Assembly (NCBI GenBank): GCA_040954595.2
Contig: CM082594.2
Location: 7,943,573-8,007,572, forward strand
Source: Balanoglossus misakiensis
Lineage: Eukaryota > Animalia > Hemichordata
Length of the DNA: 64,000 nucleotides
Direction of reading: 5' to 3'
Both the position numbers and the translations under genes were made by a program. Under the pieces are notes generated by a model, which saw only the letters and a program-made list of their open reading frames with translations, was not told where the DNA came from and did no database searches. This document shows, piece by piece, positions 42,601-55,069 of the stretch. Within the stretch, counting starts at the first letter, position 1. Every line of letters starts with the position of its first letter.

Positions 42601-45600
42601 TAGATTGGCATGTTCAAATGAAAACGCGCGGCAGAAGACGACTCATATCGTGCCACAAATCTCACGTCGTTGCCATGCAATTCATTCGTCGCCATGTTCT
42701 TGTGTTTGACATCATGCGCGTTGGACATGCGTAGTGTTAGGGGTCAGTAATTTCGGAATCCACTAACATCGATTACATTTGTCAAGGTGCGTATTATAGA
42801 CTGTGTTATGTTAACATTAGTGACGTGGCAAGTAGTAGTGTCGTGGTCACATTCTATGATCATCTTTTCCAAAAGAATACGATACGAAGAGAAAATCGTT
42901 TGGAATTTTCAGAAAAGCAGGGGAAGTCACTTCTGTCTCATTTCAGAAACTTTAGACGAACCACGTCGTATATGGACATCCATAGGCCAATATTTGGTTA
43001 TCGATTTTTTTACAGAATGTACTTATTGTATATGCAATAATCATTTGTAGAGTGAGGAAAACGTTAAAGGTGGTCAATACTCACATGGGTAGTCACTCCA
43101 TATGACCGGTGTTCTGTGAAATGCCATTCATAAGAGCAGTTCGCCTGGTCAGATGTGATATGCCAGAAGACGAATACATGTATAGTTATCTCCAGATTGT
43201 TTTTTTTTAATTCAAAGCGTCCGTTAAATGCATGGTTGTTGCAAAGTCGCGCTGCAGCTCTATTCATATGTCACGGAAATTTTGAGTTCACAACGAAGCA
43301 TATATTCTCGTAATCTGAAAAACCTGGGATTTCTCCAAATGCCACAGTGGCATTTTACTCAAAACTACATTCGCCAACAATTAGATTGATTTGCCCTTTA
43401 CATCTTAAACAAAGCGCCGACTTGCGGAGAAACTCGTCCCCATGGCAACAATACGGAGGTGGATAAGAGAAGGGTTACTGAACCAACTCCGCTCGGAAAT
43501 ATCATGTTTGTTTCGGGGGTATTAACATAATTGGTAATCGCGATGATATCATTTATAAGATCTCTTATCACGAATACTTAGAGAAAAATGAAAAGGTATT
43601 TTCCAGTCCTATTACGCACCACTTCAATAAATGCCCGAAAGAGATAAAAACTATGAATTCATTCCATGTTATTACACAGGCGACTTATCATGTAGATTTA
43701 ATCCTGAGACGCCCTAATCTGTCTCTCTCTGTGACAGTATATTCTGCGTGGTTCTTAGAAGCCCAATCATCCGTCTGCAGATACAAGTGACGTCATTGAT
43801 GTCTTCCCTTGAATTAATTAATCAAAGAATTTGATCCTTATTAGAGTGAATGCAAGATTTCAATTTACAACATTACCTTATGTAACTCACACTTTACCTC
43901 AAATTAACAACGAACCTTTTTGAATGACCCATTCGCAAGAACAGTCACATAAGGTGATATTCCGAAACAAACCCAGAAGTCTGAAAATAATTGGCAAGGC
44001 TGGTCTTTCAAAGAGACTAGTAAAGTTGGTTAAAGAGTCATTTGCTTGACCATTTCATGGCGAGGCGCATTCCACTTTAAACAGATAAGACAACTTGGCC
44101 AGCATCTCATGGGATTTGAAAGTCATTTAAGTTGTTCGAAACTTTACCTTGCAAATGAAATTAGAGACGATGGGAAATTTAAGTGCAGAGAGAGTTACCG
44201 ACGCAGTCATTACTGCTTCGAGAAGAGTTTTCAATCTTGTGCTCAAGAAGGGGGTCGGACAGTCAAATAGACGCTCTAGATATACACGTATACTGATTTC
44301 ATTAGTATAATGATAACAGACCATTGAAGAGTTAGTTGAAATTCCATTAGAAGTTCATACATTGTTTCTACATGTATATCAGTACTATTATCCAGCATCG
44401 GTCATAATCCCAAATCCAGGAGAAATATCCTCTGAAATATCGGGAAGACTCTCACGATTAACAAAAGTTTAGCTTGAATATACGTGCCCCCACCAAAGTG
44501 CGGCATCATCTCGGCCATAATTGAACGCGATGCGAGTCTGTTTATGCCGATGCTGGCGGAAAAGACTCAATAGATATTAATATTATTATCTATTCTGTAC
44601 TGAAATGCTAAAAGGACGTCACACACAGACTTTTCATTATTGTGAAAGCTTACAAGATCCTCACATCGGGTGACCCCTTTTAGCGGAGTCTGTCTGTGTG
44701 ATGATGTAAATAGGACGTAAGGATTTCCGCCTTACTGGGATTTTGTATTGTGGTATATCTACAGATTGATTACAAGGTATTAAAAAAACGCAGGATATAG
44801 CTACCATAAAAGCGAGCATACGTCATCCCTTGTCGGTCTCTGATAATGTAACACACGTTGTTTACCTGCCTCTAGAAGCTGCACATGATAATACAGGGAC
44901 AAAGATGACGGAAACAATATAGGCGTACTCGCCGCGCTGTGAAGTCGTGCGAAAGTGAAATTTCATAAGAATACTACTTGGTTAAGATTCCTATTATAAC
45001 CTGACACTTTTGACACGATGCTGTCTTGTTTAATACTCATAGATGTATATGGAAGTATACTAACTGCCTTTATGTATAAAGGAGTTGTTATTTGGAAAAC
45101 TAACCAACAAAAATAACTACAGAAATTGGCCAATTTGGCATTTGGTGATTGGAAGTGCTGAAATATTGGAATGATGGCTATCATTGGATTCCGTTACGAT
45201 TCAGCTTATCATTTTACCGTGAGTTAAGTCACTTCTATTTTGGGAATCTGCCTCAGTAGCTGGATAAATCCGGCGCGCAATATTGTATTAGAGATAATGT
45301 TACCAATCTACACTTCAGCAGGGGGAAGGCACAAGCGATAAATTGAATTTCCTTTTAGTGCCCGGGCATACACTCCTGGGAAATTATGTTATTTGCTCAA
45401 ATGGTATATAAGTGTATCCTTGACTGGTAAACTTAAATGAACGTTCCAAGCGGAGTGCGGTGTAAGTGGAACGCGTCTCCCTTTGGCCTGTGCGCCATCT
45501 AATGATGACCAGTACTATAGTTCTGCCGCGGCGGTGGGTGGGTACCTTGCCTGTGCGCGTCATCCAATCTCGTCTCCGCATCAGCAAATCTTCGCCCCCG

Positions 45601-46993
45601 GGTCTCACCCACTACCGACTCCCGTTCAAAATAGAAGTAGAAAGTACCGCCGTTAGCCACGGATTAAGAGTGTAACTATCTCCCTGAATTCAAAGTTAAG
45701 CTCGTTTTTGCATGCGATCTCTTGGGCATTTCTGAGAGTAGACAGGGCGACAATGCTGTGATTCCCTGCGCCAGGAGAGAGGCAGGGGCAGAGCCGTTTT
45801 CGCAGTTGTTTTTGGCATATTTTCCAGGAAATGGTCGATTTCAAGGGTACCGCGTACAGTTTTCTGGCAGATTCTGCAATATTCTGCGCAGCTGGCATTT
45901 GTGACGTCGACAGACATCAATCCAGTTGACATTGGTTATTCTTCAATGGCGCGTAACGCATTCTGGGTACAATACCAAGTACCTCGGGTACAATATGAAA
46001 CCTTATGAAAGCAGCTAGTAACCAAAGAAAATAGTAGCAACAAAATTTAAAAATTCATAATTTCAAATATTCAAATTTTACGAAGATTTTCGCCGCCAGA
46101 CGACAATTCAGCATGATACAACCAGCTGGAGAAAAACTTATCTCGAAGAGTTGATATTTCATCGATTGATTGGCTGGTTGAAATTAAATTTTAAAAATTC
46201 ATAATTTTTATTCTGCGGTGAAATTGAAATCAATACAGTGAATTATTCGTGGCATGATTAATTTATGACTGTTGTGTTTATGATTTTCTTAGTAGTCAAT
46301 ATATCTTCTTCTTTTCACAAATTTTACACACCTGACGACGTTTCAAGGATAGATGCGCCGTTTCTGTATACATTGCATATCATTTATTTACGCACCGCCA
46401 TATTTTAAACCTTTTATTCCATTTGATCGGGTAAAACCGTAGGCTTATCATTTCTTGGTTATTCATGTATGCCTGTAAATTTATGCGTGGCTTCATTTGA
46501 AGCAAACTTCGTGTTTCTGTGTGGACTGTGATGGTTGTGTATGTCAAAAATATGTACCAATTTATAGTCTTGTTTACCCAGACTCCTCTGCTTCTTCCGT
46601 TTCCCGTCATGCATCGCTTTTGCCTCGAGTCGGCCATCTTTGCCCGGAGATTTTTCTGTAGTATTTCCCCAAACCCTCTTTCTTGAGTGCCCAACGGAAG
46701 AAGCAAAGGAGTCTGAGTAACCGAGACTGTACCAAATAATAGTGTCTGCTTTACAACGACAAGGTACATGTACTTTCCGTTGAAGTCACACTAGACTGCC
46801 ACTGGCCTAAACCGATTTCTTTTAGATCCTAAAACCCAACCTATTTTTCTGTTTGCGTTGCAGGACCTGGGCTATTGTACTGATCTGTCTCGGGGTGTTA
46901 TTGGTCCTGATTATCGTCGGATCTCTCATTTGCTGTTGTTGTGGATTCTGTGCCTGTCTTACAAGTTGCTGTCGTTGCTGTCGTAAGGGTTAA
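27674..46993 (+). CDS. Small Shisa-like (six-cysteine, STMC6-type) single-pass membrane protein, paralog A, 105 aa, 3 coding exons
   Basis: Exons 27674-27731 (MASSNLSFVLLLVVGICAY, signal peptide, GTAAGT donor), 37784-37913 (KCFAYECSDDYPMESCPTPHDADDLKYCCYSPEDNFHCCAQTL) and 46864-46993 (PTWAIVLICLGVLLVLIIVGSLICCCCGFCACLTSCCRCCRKG*). Phases 1 and 2 join in frame, and exon structure and cysteine spacing match paralogs B and C. Confidence 0.8.
30170..30226. repeat. (GGGA)n microsatellite, G-quadruplex-capable
   Basis: Direct inspection; accounts for the PPSL/GREG low-complexity ORFs. Confidence 0.95.
32589..32641. repeat. (TACA)n microsatellite
   Basis: Direct inspection. Confidence 0.9.
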
Positions 46994-49411
46994 GCAGCGA
47001 CCTATACCTACTGCATGAATGGATGGACGAACTTCCCCACAGCGTCTGGGCATTGCGCATGCGTCTTTTTACGAGGAAGTCTGCGCCCTTCACGCGATTT
47101 GATCCAAAGCGAAGCTGGATAACCAATAAACCTTGTGGGTATAATATATTACTCTTGAACAGACAGATTATCCGACAGATCATAAATATAAAGTACAATT
47201 TTTGTACACATTTCTTATTTTAAGTATAGCCAACGTCTATTTGCATCAACGACAACACTTGGTCTGTGAGGGTAAAATGGACAATACTAAATACCCATCA
47301 TGATCAAGTGAATTTAAACTGAAAACTGTCACCGTCCGATATTTCGTCGACTGCCTTACGTAGTACAGCAGTAAAGAGACAGCCGTAGGGTCTTGATTCT
47401 TGTCGCCACTGAACATTTTGAAGTCAGTACTGTGGTCGGCACGTCTTAATCACTGAATTCCAAATGAATATATTTTGTTACATTCGGTGCTGAAATAGAC
47501 GATGCAAATTACGCAAATTGCGCGGACGTACTTAGTTTTGGACAATTGCATTAGACAGGATAGTATACGCCGCTGTAATTTCCATACCTTTGAGGAGCTC
47601 GCGTGCGGAGAATATGTAGATTTTCCTCGGCATGGTGGAGATATCTGTGCATGAAGTACAGCCGAAGGTGGCTTGACTCTCGGCCGTCACGCCAGGTGCG
47701 TCACTGCGTCTGCCTTGAGCAACATCCTCCTGTCTGGAACCGCGTCCGCAACACGAAGGTGTTTGCAAGTACAACTGGTTTACCGCATCTCCAGGGTCAT
47801 ACAGGTTTTGTGTACTAAAACAACGGTGTACTACAACCGCTGTTCAGCCGTCTTGTCAATACGAATCCTATTATGACGATCATTTGCTTCACTGAAAAGA
47901 CCTGATTGTTAAAATCGTGTACAGAAATTTTGACATCTCTCAATATTACACCGTGCTCGATGTTACATGTAAAATAATGACTTATATGTAACAGGTATGA
48001 CATTAGCTTAACATTTTGATGTCAAGTAAGCTCTTTTGATATTGTATTGCTTCTTATTTTATTATAAATGTTTGAAATACTTTTGCTCCTGTTAAGGACT
48101 GTTATTCTCACTACCTTCAATAGGTTTTTGCTACCTTGGTGAGTGTGATGAGAATCTCACGTCACTGATGCGGTCGACAGAAATTCAAGATGGCGGAGTC
48201 CACTCACGGTGCAATTATCACGTGAGTGGACTCCCTAGCACGAAGTCAAAACCTATCTAAGGCAGCGAGAATTCCAAACAACATTCCATTGTAAATTTGA
48301 TGTATGAATACAAATCAGTGTTGACTGTGCTGATTGCCTCTTCACAAGATAGAACTTGCCCAGTTGTCAACTGCGTAGGTGGCTTATAAATGTGCACAAC
48401 CCGAGTGCAAGGTGCTTTCAATTATCGGGAAGGAGGAGCGGGTCACGTGGTTATACCATGTCGGCTCTTAAAGACCCACTACAATAAGTAATCACCTTAC
48501 TGACTAAAGCCATCGTGTCTGTTTTGTCGAAATGTCTAATTTCAAGCGAAGTTTCGCCTTGGGTACGTCTTTTTATTGATAATACAGAACCGCTACAATA
48601 AAATGTAAATGCTTCATAGAGGTTTCCCGTTTTTCTTTTGTAAATACCGAACGCGCGATTATGTTAGACTGTAACTATTAAAATGTCAGCCTTTTCTAAC
48701 AAAAGTAAGGATTTCCATAAAAGCAAAATTGTCGACAGTATATTTTCTTCTTTGTTTTCAGAAAGACTCCACACTCTTTGATACATAGACCGACTTTTGA
48801 TTACCCTCCGCTGCCTATTCGTGTGAATGCTTGTCCAAGTCAAAAGGCAATGAAAAACCTTTATGCACTCTCAATTGGCCCTTTAAAAAGATTCCCTGTG
48901 TCGAACCTAAGAATTCTGCTAAATTTAGCATCGAAAGCTAAGCATGACGTAATTTCTTGACAATGGGGATAAAACATGTCAGGGTTTCTGTCCCCGGTTT
49001 TACCATTTAGCGCGAGATGACAGACTTCCGCCTGTGACTTATAGCGACGGATAACCATACTTCGTTAAGATTGAAAACGGACATACAAATAAATCGTGCA
49101 GTGCGTGGTTACAGGCGCTCCGTGATTTGTTTGGCTATTCCTCTCTTACCGAAAACGTGAATTACTGTCACGGGTTATCGACTGCTCCCGCAACTCGTTA
49201 TCAGGCAGCTGAAGAAGCAGAAACGAGGTTGCTCGACTGATTGCTTAGTTCTAAATATGTCACGTCGCCGAAATATTTCACGTCCACCCCGATGCTATTT
49301 AGAGCTGTAATGTTCGTTGTAATTCGAAAACCGTTTTTCTGCTTGTGAAAGGCACCAAGTATGTGCAATGCGCTGAACCAAACGACTTCGTGTCGATTTA
49401 TCCGAATTTCT

Positions 49412-49521
49412 TTGCAAGCCTAGGTGGCACGAAATCCCCTTGCAAGCCTAGGTGGCACGAAATCCCCTTGCAAGCCTAGGTGGCACGAAATCCCCTTGCA
49501 AGCCTAGGTGGCTCGAAATCC
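49412..49521. repeat. 28-bp tandem minisatellite, about 4 copies
   Basis: Unit ttgcaagcctaggtggcacgaaatcccc: three perfect copies and one diverged partial copy, head to tail, no spacers. Confidence 0.95.
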
Positions 49522-52213
49522 TCTCGCGCATCCCGTATTCCGGCCGTCACCACCAGATCGCTGTAATTGAAGTTTTCAGGGCAGATCTGTGCCAGATTCA
49601 ACCCGGTATAAATCTGTCTTATGCCAAGAATGAACGGGGATTGTTACGGATGGTTGGATTAAAGCCTGAATCCACGTGCAATCAATTCTGTTTCACGGAA
49701 AATTGGACGTATGTCGGGATTCATACGCGGTTTACTTTGTTAGTATTACGATTTTATCTCAGTGTACCGGTTGCACCTCGTAAAATTAGAAATGGTCGGG
49801 ATCAAAGCAACTCGTGTGAAACCGAAGACGGATCGCTTTTCAAAAGAGGCAGTACGTGATGGAGTGTTTTTCTTTGAGGTGGTGTAACAACGACGAACCT
49901 CGGTTGCTATGGTCTATATACCACGACACCGATGCATTTAGTCATTTTTACAACAGCGTGCGTTACCATGGTGTGGATAAAAGCGGCCGTTTTACGGGAC
50001 TTTTGGTTACCAAGGCACCAATGAATACGTCGAGAGTTTGAATAGTAGCCATGGTTTACGGTGACAAACCGATTTGTAGCCACCCCAGTGTCATGTCACA
50101 AACAGAGGTACCCAACAGGGGTGCATCAGCAGTGTTAATAAAGTCTAGCACTTGCACAGTAGCTAAACTCTGGAAATGCTTGATACATTGATCTTACCAC
50201 ATCCTAGACACGCTATGAATTTTAATCCTTGCGAACATTGGCATATCGATTTCAAATCGATATATAAGGTGTTGCCAATGCAACATTGGCATTCCTATGA
50301 GCTTACGACGGAGTTATGGTATGTCTGTGAAATCAATGCACTAATAAACAGATGTTGGAATCGTACTATCCCAACTACAATGATTACAACCCATCAACTA
50401 CTCATCTCATCTCAAACCGGGCGTAACATTTCATCGCACACCGATTTTACTCTGCTTGTAGATTCTTTCATTCCAAGAAAGCTTAACCAATCAACCAACC
50501 TGCAATGTATCATTTCTCGTGAATTTATTTCAAAGGCTTTGTATACTGCTCTTTTCTTCGAATTCAGCGCGACAGCAACATATGGCATTATACTGGCTCC
50601 AATAAATGAACGAGGTATTTTGCAGACTTCAACCCGTATGCTTGAGTACTTTGAATCCGTCACACTTAAATGATTTGCCGAGAGCGGAAAGTGTGTAGAG
50701 CGAAGTGGGCGTAACTATGGTAACCGAAGACAATTACATCTCGATATAGCGTGTATGTTGACGCAACGTCTGTTCCCTTTTCTGGTCTGTTTCAACCCAA
50801 GTCCGTTTTCCAGGACATGCGTTTCGGATCAAACACAATCTCTTGCGGTTGCCATGCATGACGAACGACGGAAGTTGGATTATAAAGAACGCTATCTTCT
50901 CGCGAACTCAGTAGGCGTCGAGGCATATATCTGTAAAGTTTTCTGGGTCACAGGAATCTTGCCACCTCACACTCTGCGCGTGAGAAATTTCTCTTTGTAC
51001 AATCACACGTCTCTGTAAGAGCAACGTCTGTTCCAAGTGTTATCAAATTTGAAGTTGTAATTCTCGATTATATAGGTTAATTAAATATGTCAATAAGAAT
51101 GCCTCACGTTTCTAGAATCGATCGCATGTATGATATCAATGTCCCTGCAATAACTTTTTCGAATATGCAAAATAACAATGGTGAATTCAGTCTGTTTAAT
51201 TTATGCATGTACGAGGTCATGTGGTGAAAGCGAGGCTGTAACCCCAAATGTGGCAAGGCGGAGTTCGCTGCTCCACCATTTACTTGACACTGCAGTTGGC
51301 AATAGACGCCTCCTCAGTCAGACGATACGAGATATCGCATCATTAACGCCACCGGAGAGATGTGAGACCAGAAGAAAGGTGGCGGGAAGTAGGAAACGGA
51401 AACATCAATGACATTGAAAACCACCAGCCAATGATAGTCTGGTAACCTATCGAACGAATTGATGGAGTCACTGGGAGAATGGCGCCCCCAAGAACATCTC
51501 AGCTGGATACTGACGCGACTGCAGTTCTGCGCATCTCAGCAGGCTAAAGGTGAGAAAAAGCCACTTGTTGTACAGTTGTCCCCGATCTAATCACTTATGC
51601 AGAGGCGCTACTGTGTTGTAGGACCAGGTGACGAAACTGACGTCATGAGTGACTGGAATGCCAAACTGGTTGGTAGGCCTAACCCGTCCGTGGGAGTTTT
51701 GGTTTGATCTGTTTATCAGACGCCGAGAAAAAAATAATTTCAGGTTGGTGGCGCTAACCCCTAGCATTTGATCCATTTTTGCTCAAGAACACACAAAAAC
51801 CTAGTTTGAATATGATATATTAGCTATCCTTTATTTTTTTCTACAAACGTTATTATAAATGGTGCATAGTTGAAATGTCTGATTACTTTCTCTGAATCGA
51901 CAATGGTCTCAAAACTTTAATACACCGACTTGCCTATAAGTTATAAAACTACTTCTACAATCAGAAAACAGAGTAACTTCGGCCAATAACGAAGAGGGCG
52001 CTATTCAATTTGCATGCCGTAAGAAAATGAGGAACATGATAAGAGAGTGAATGTGCAGTCAAGAAGTACAAGAAAGCATTACATAATATAGAGCACTAAC
52101 GTTTACAAATTGCTATAAGTAGGTCAATATTAAGTTCCTAAAAAGTAAAAAATATAAAATGTAACCCAGTAAAATGCTCAATTGCATGATTGGCTAAAAG
52201 AAGTGCGAAATAA

Positions 52214-52544
52214 TTAAGCCTTCGGTTGTTCCGTAATATCGACTTCATCTTCATCTTCATCAGCCTTCGGCTGTTCGGTTATATGGACTTCAGCTTCGTC
52301 AGCTTCTTCGGCTTCCGGTTCCTCAATATCGACCTTCTCTTCAGCTTTGACGGTTTTGTAGGTAATCTTCCGAGATTTGGGTTTTGAAGACTTGCCCGAT
52401 GCCCCCTTATTCCTCTTGCACTTCTCGCAGCACGACAAACAGCAGCAGCGGTCAAGTTTACCCAAGTACCAGAGAACGCCCAGTCCCACGCCAAGCCCAA
52501 TCAGGCCCACCGCCAGGATGACGACCAGAGCGATCCCCCATGGC
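52214..52544 (-). CDS. Alternative (distal) last exon of paralog B: second TM + Cys cluster + basic/acidic tail (gives a 173-aa isoform)
   Basis: Acceptor ccgcAG at 52545-52546, same phase as the 52783 exon. Encodes PWGIALVVILAVGLIGLGVGLGVLWYLGKLDRCCCLSCCEKCKR...EQPKA*. Clearly homologous to the proximal exon (PW...LWY[FL]GKL[ND]RCCC). Confidence 0.75.
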
Positions 52545-52575
52545 CTGCGGTATATATACACATACAAAATCATAA

Positions 52576-54454
52576 TCAGATATTCGTGTCACATTCCCCC
52601 GGTTGAGATTCAGCACGATACTGTTGTTGGCGCCTTTGACTCTGACTGTCGTTCACGTCCCTTTTGCATGATTCCACACAGCAGCACCGATTGAGCTTTC
52701 CGAAATACCACAGCGCAGTTAAGCCACCCACCGCAGCCACCACGCCAATGACCAGTATCACGATGAGAATGATAGCCCATGGTCTGCAATTTGAGCAACG
52801 AATGAATGTGAGCATGCCTAGCATATGTACTATATAATAAGCGCACGAGCACACACAAACGTACACCTATTCTTTTTACTTGGGATAGGCAAGAATAAAT
52901 TCTGTCAGTGAAAAGCTAGGATGCGCTAGCTAAGGCACAAACATACGATGTCTATGATGATGACATGTATGCAACATGAATTCTGTATGTGTTTGTGTGC
53001 TCTGCAGCATCATGCTCACGTCACGTGACTTTATATCCAAACGAAAATCCAAAGGCGGATAAAACAAGCCAGACAACAAATCCCTGATCGTAGCATACTA
53101 TCGATTGCGGTGGTCGTTTTTGGAAATATAAAAAACTTCACGGCATTGTGTGATTCAAGATGGTCAAGATCACGACTCTGTAATTGCGATTTTTGGAGAG
53201 AAAAATAACCACAACTTACGGTAGTCCGCCGGCACAGCAATGGTACCTTTTGTCAGTAGTGTAGCAGCATTCTCTGTTGTTTATCGGTTCGTATGGTTGC
53301 GGACATGACTGGATCGGCCAACCGTCAGGGCAGTCATAGGCGTATACTGAGACAGACCATAAATAAAGAATGTGTTTTATTCACAAGCGAGTTATTGATT
53401 TACTGTCACGGTTCTTGTTCTGTCATTGAAAATGTATGTTGGTACTGGCAGGGTAGCATTTCATGTAAAGGGGTGTGCTTTTATTTCTATCACTTTCGGG
53501 ACATGCCGGACTTTCAAATCATGAAAGCACGGGTTATTTGGTAAATGTAATATACCACGGAGTGGGTTGAGGTTTATAGGGCACAACATGTCAAGAGTCA
53601 CAACTCTGGTCAGTGTGATAAATGAATTTCAGTACCGTCATTGAAATGGCTTGGTTGTCAAGTGTGACTTGATACCAGATATAACCAGGGTCATATACCC
53701 CACCTGTTGATTCTTAGATGCTTCATTCAGAAACTTTGCCATTTTAGAGGAAGTATTGCACAAATCGAAAACTCAGACCGCAGCCTTAGCAATCAAGGGT
53801 GTGCGTCGTGCAATACATGCAGAAAAATGTTGCTGGCATTTTGAAATATCAACTCCCCGACATCCGGGTCTAGTCGGAAAAATGTGGATCCGGGTGCGAG
53901 ACGAGGGACTAATTAGTTCAAGAGAATGTACGAGACTAGTCTATGCGTGTAATGTAATATTTGTTACCTGCCAGACACAGGTGTCAATGCATGACATTAA
54001 AAAGACCGCGATAACCGATCTCCGCACGCACAACCCATCGATGGTTATCTGACTGGAATTAAAGATGGCGTCGCTCAGGAATGCCTGGACGAAATGTACA
54101 GGCTATAAACACACCTGCATATGCATCGACCTAATCCTCGTTTTGTAATAATACACTGGTCATTTCGAAGGGTGAATTTTGAAAATCTGCACCCAATTTT
54201 AAACAGAATGTTACGTGCGTCAGTTAGTTTACTGGGCGTAACGATTTATTGGTAGGCTTGGTTGTGACTAGGTGCAAATTAACCGTTTTACACACTACCC
54301 ACGCAGCGCTCGACGTTAGAAAGCCAGTGAACTAATATCGCCCAAGTTCGCCATTTAAACTTGACCTGAAAGATAAAGAACCCCACTCACCTGAAACTAG
54401 AAAGCCAAGAACTAACGTAGTCAGTACCTGTAGAATGCATTTTAGCGAGGCCAT
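52576..54454 (-). CDS. Small Shisa-like six-cysteine single-pass membrane protein, paralog B, isoform with proximal last exon, 132 aa
   Basis: Exons (minus): 54391-54454 (MASLKCILQVLTTLVLGFLVS), 53220-53346 (VYAYDCPDGWPIQSCPQPYEPINNRECCYTTDKRYHCCAGGL), 52576-52783 (PWAIILIVILVIGVVAAVGGLTALWYFGKLNRCCCVESCKRD...GECDTNI*). Canonical GT-AG sites, phases consistent. Confidence 0.8.
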
Positions 54455-54905
54455 TTTGTCAGTTGTAAACTTGTGTACACTGCCGATGACGCAGTATTTG
54501 TGCTATCGCCAAAACATTTAATAATTAACCTATAGGTGATGTTGTCCGTGCGAAGTACAGTTCGCGTGTCTTGGGGGTCTGGTGGGTATGGCTGTATCTT
54601 AAACTTAGTATGCCAAAAAGTGTTTTCTAATATAAAAGAAATTTATTTGCGAAAATTGAAATTATGAATATCGAATTTCAAACCGGCGAGGTTTCTTTTT
54701 GCTAAAGTATACATGTGAAAAGTGTTGTAAAGTTTCTGTATCGTAAAAAAACTCAACTGTTTCTGATGTTGATAAGAAAATGTGATTTTCTGATTTTCTC
54801 TGGAACATATTCATTTATTCGAGTTCGTACAGTATCTCCAGTTTCGTTGTCGCCTTGGGCCTGTAGAGAGTTTTAATATTCCAAGTTATGAATTCCACGA
54901 CTGCT

Positions 54906-55038
54906 TTATGTCTTCAAGGCGTTGTATCTGAACTGGCGTTTATTGTACCAGGTCTTGATCCCAAACACAAAAACTACCACCGTCACTATGACAGCAAAGA
55001 GCGTCACGGCACATATGAATATCAGCAGCCATTGTCTG

Positions 55039-55069
<31 letters not shown>

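Noticed and set aside
49412-49521. 28-bp repeats of CRISPR-like length
   Set aside because: The copies are directly adjacent with no spacers, there are no cas genes, and the context is eukaryotic; this is a minisatellite.
50176-50673. 165-aa ORF and antisense ORF with faint LINE RT-like words (KAF..., DWLSFL)
   Set aside because: No GxPQG or YADD motifs and no splice support; too weak to call.
55039-55068. A30 as a retroposon poly(A) tail or poly-Lys ORF
   Set aside because: No TSD or retro-element body is recognisable; on the minus strand it serves as the polypyrimidine tract of a real exon.
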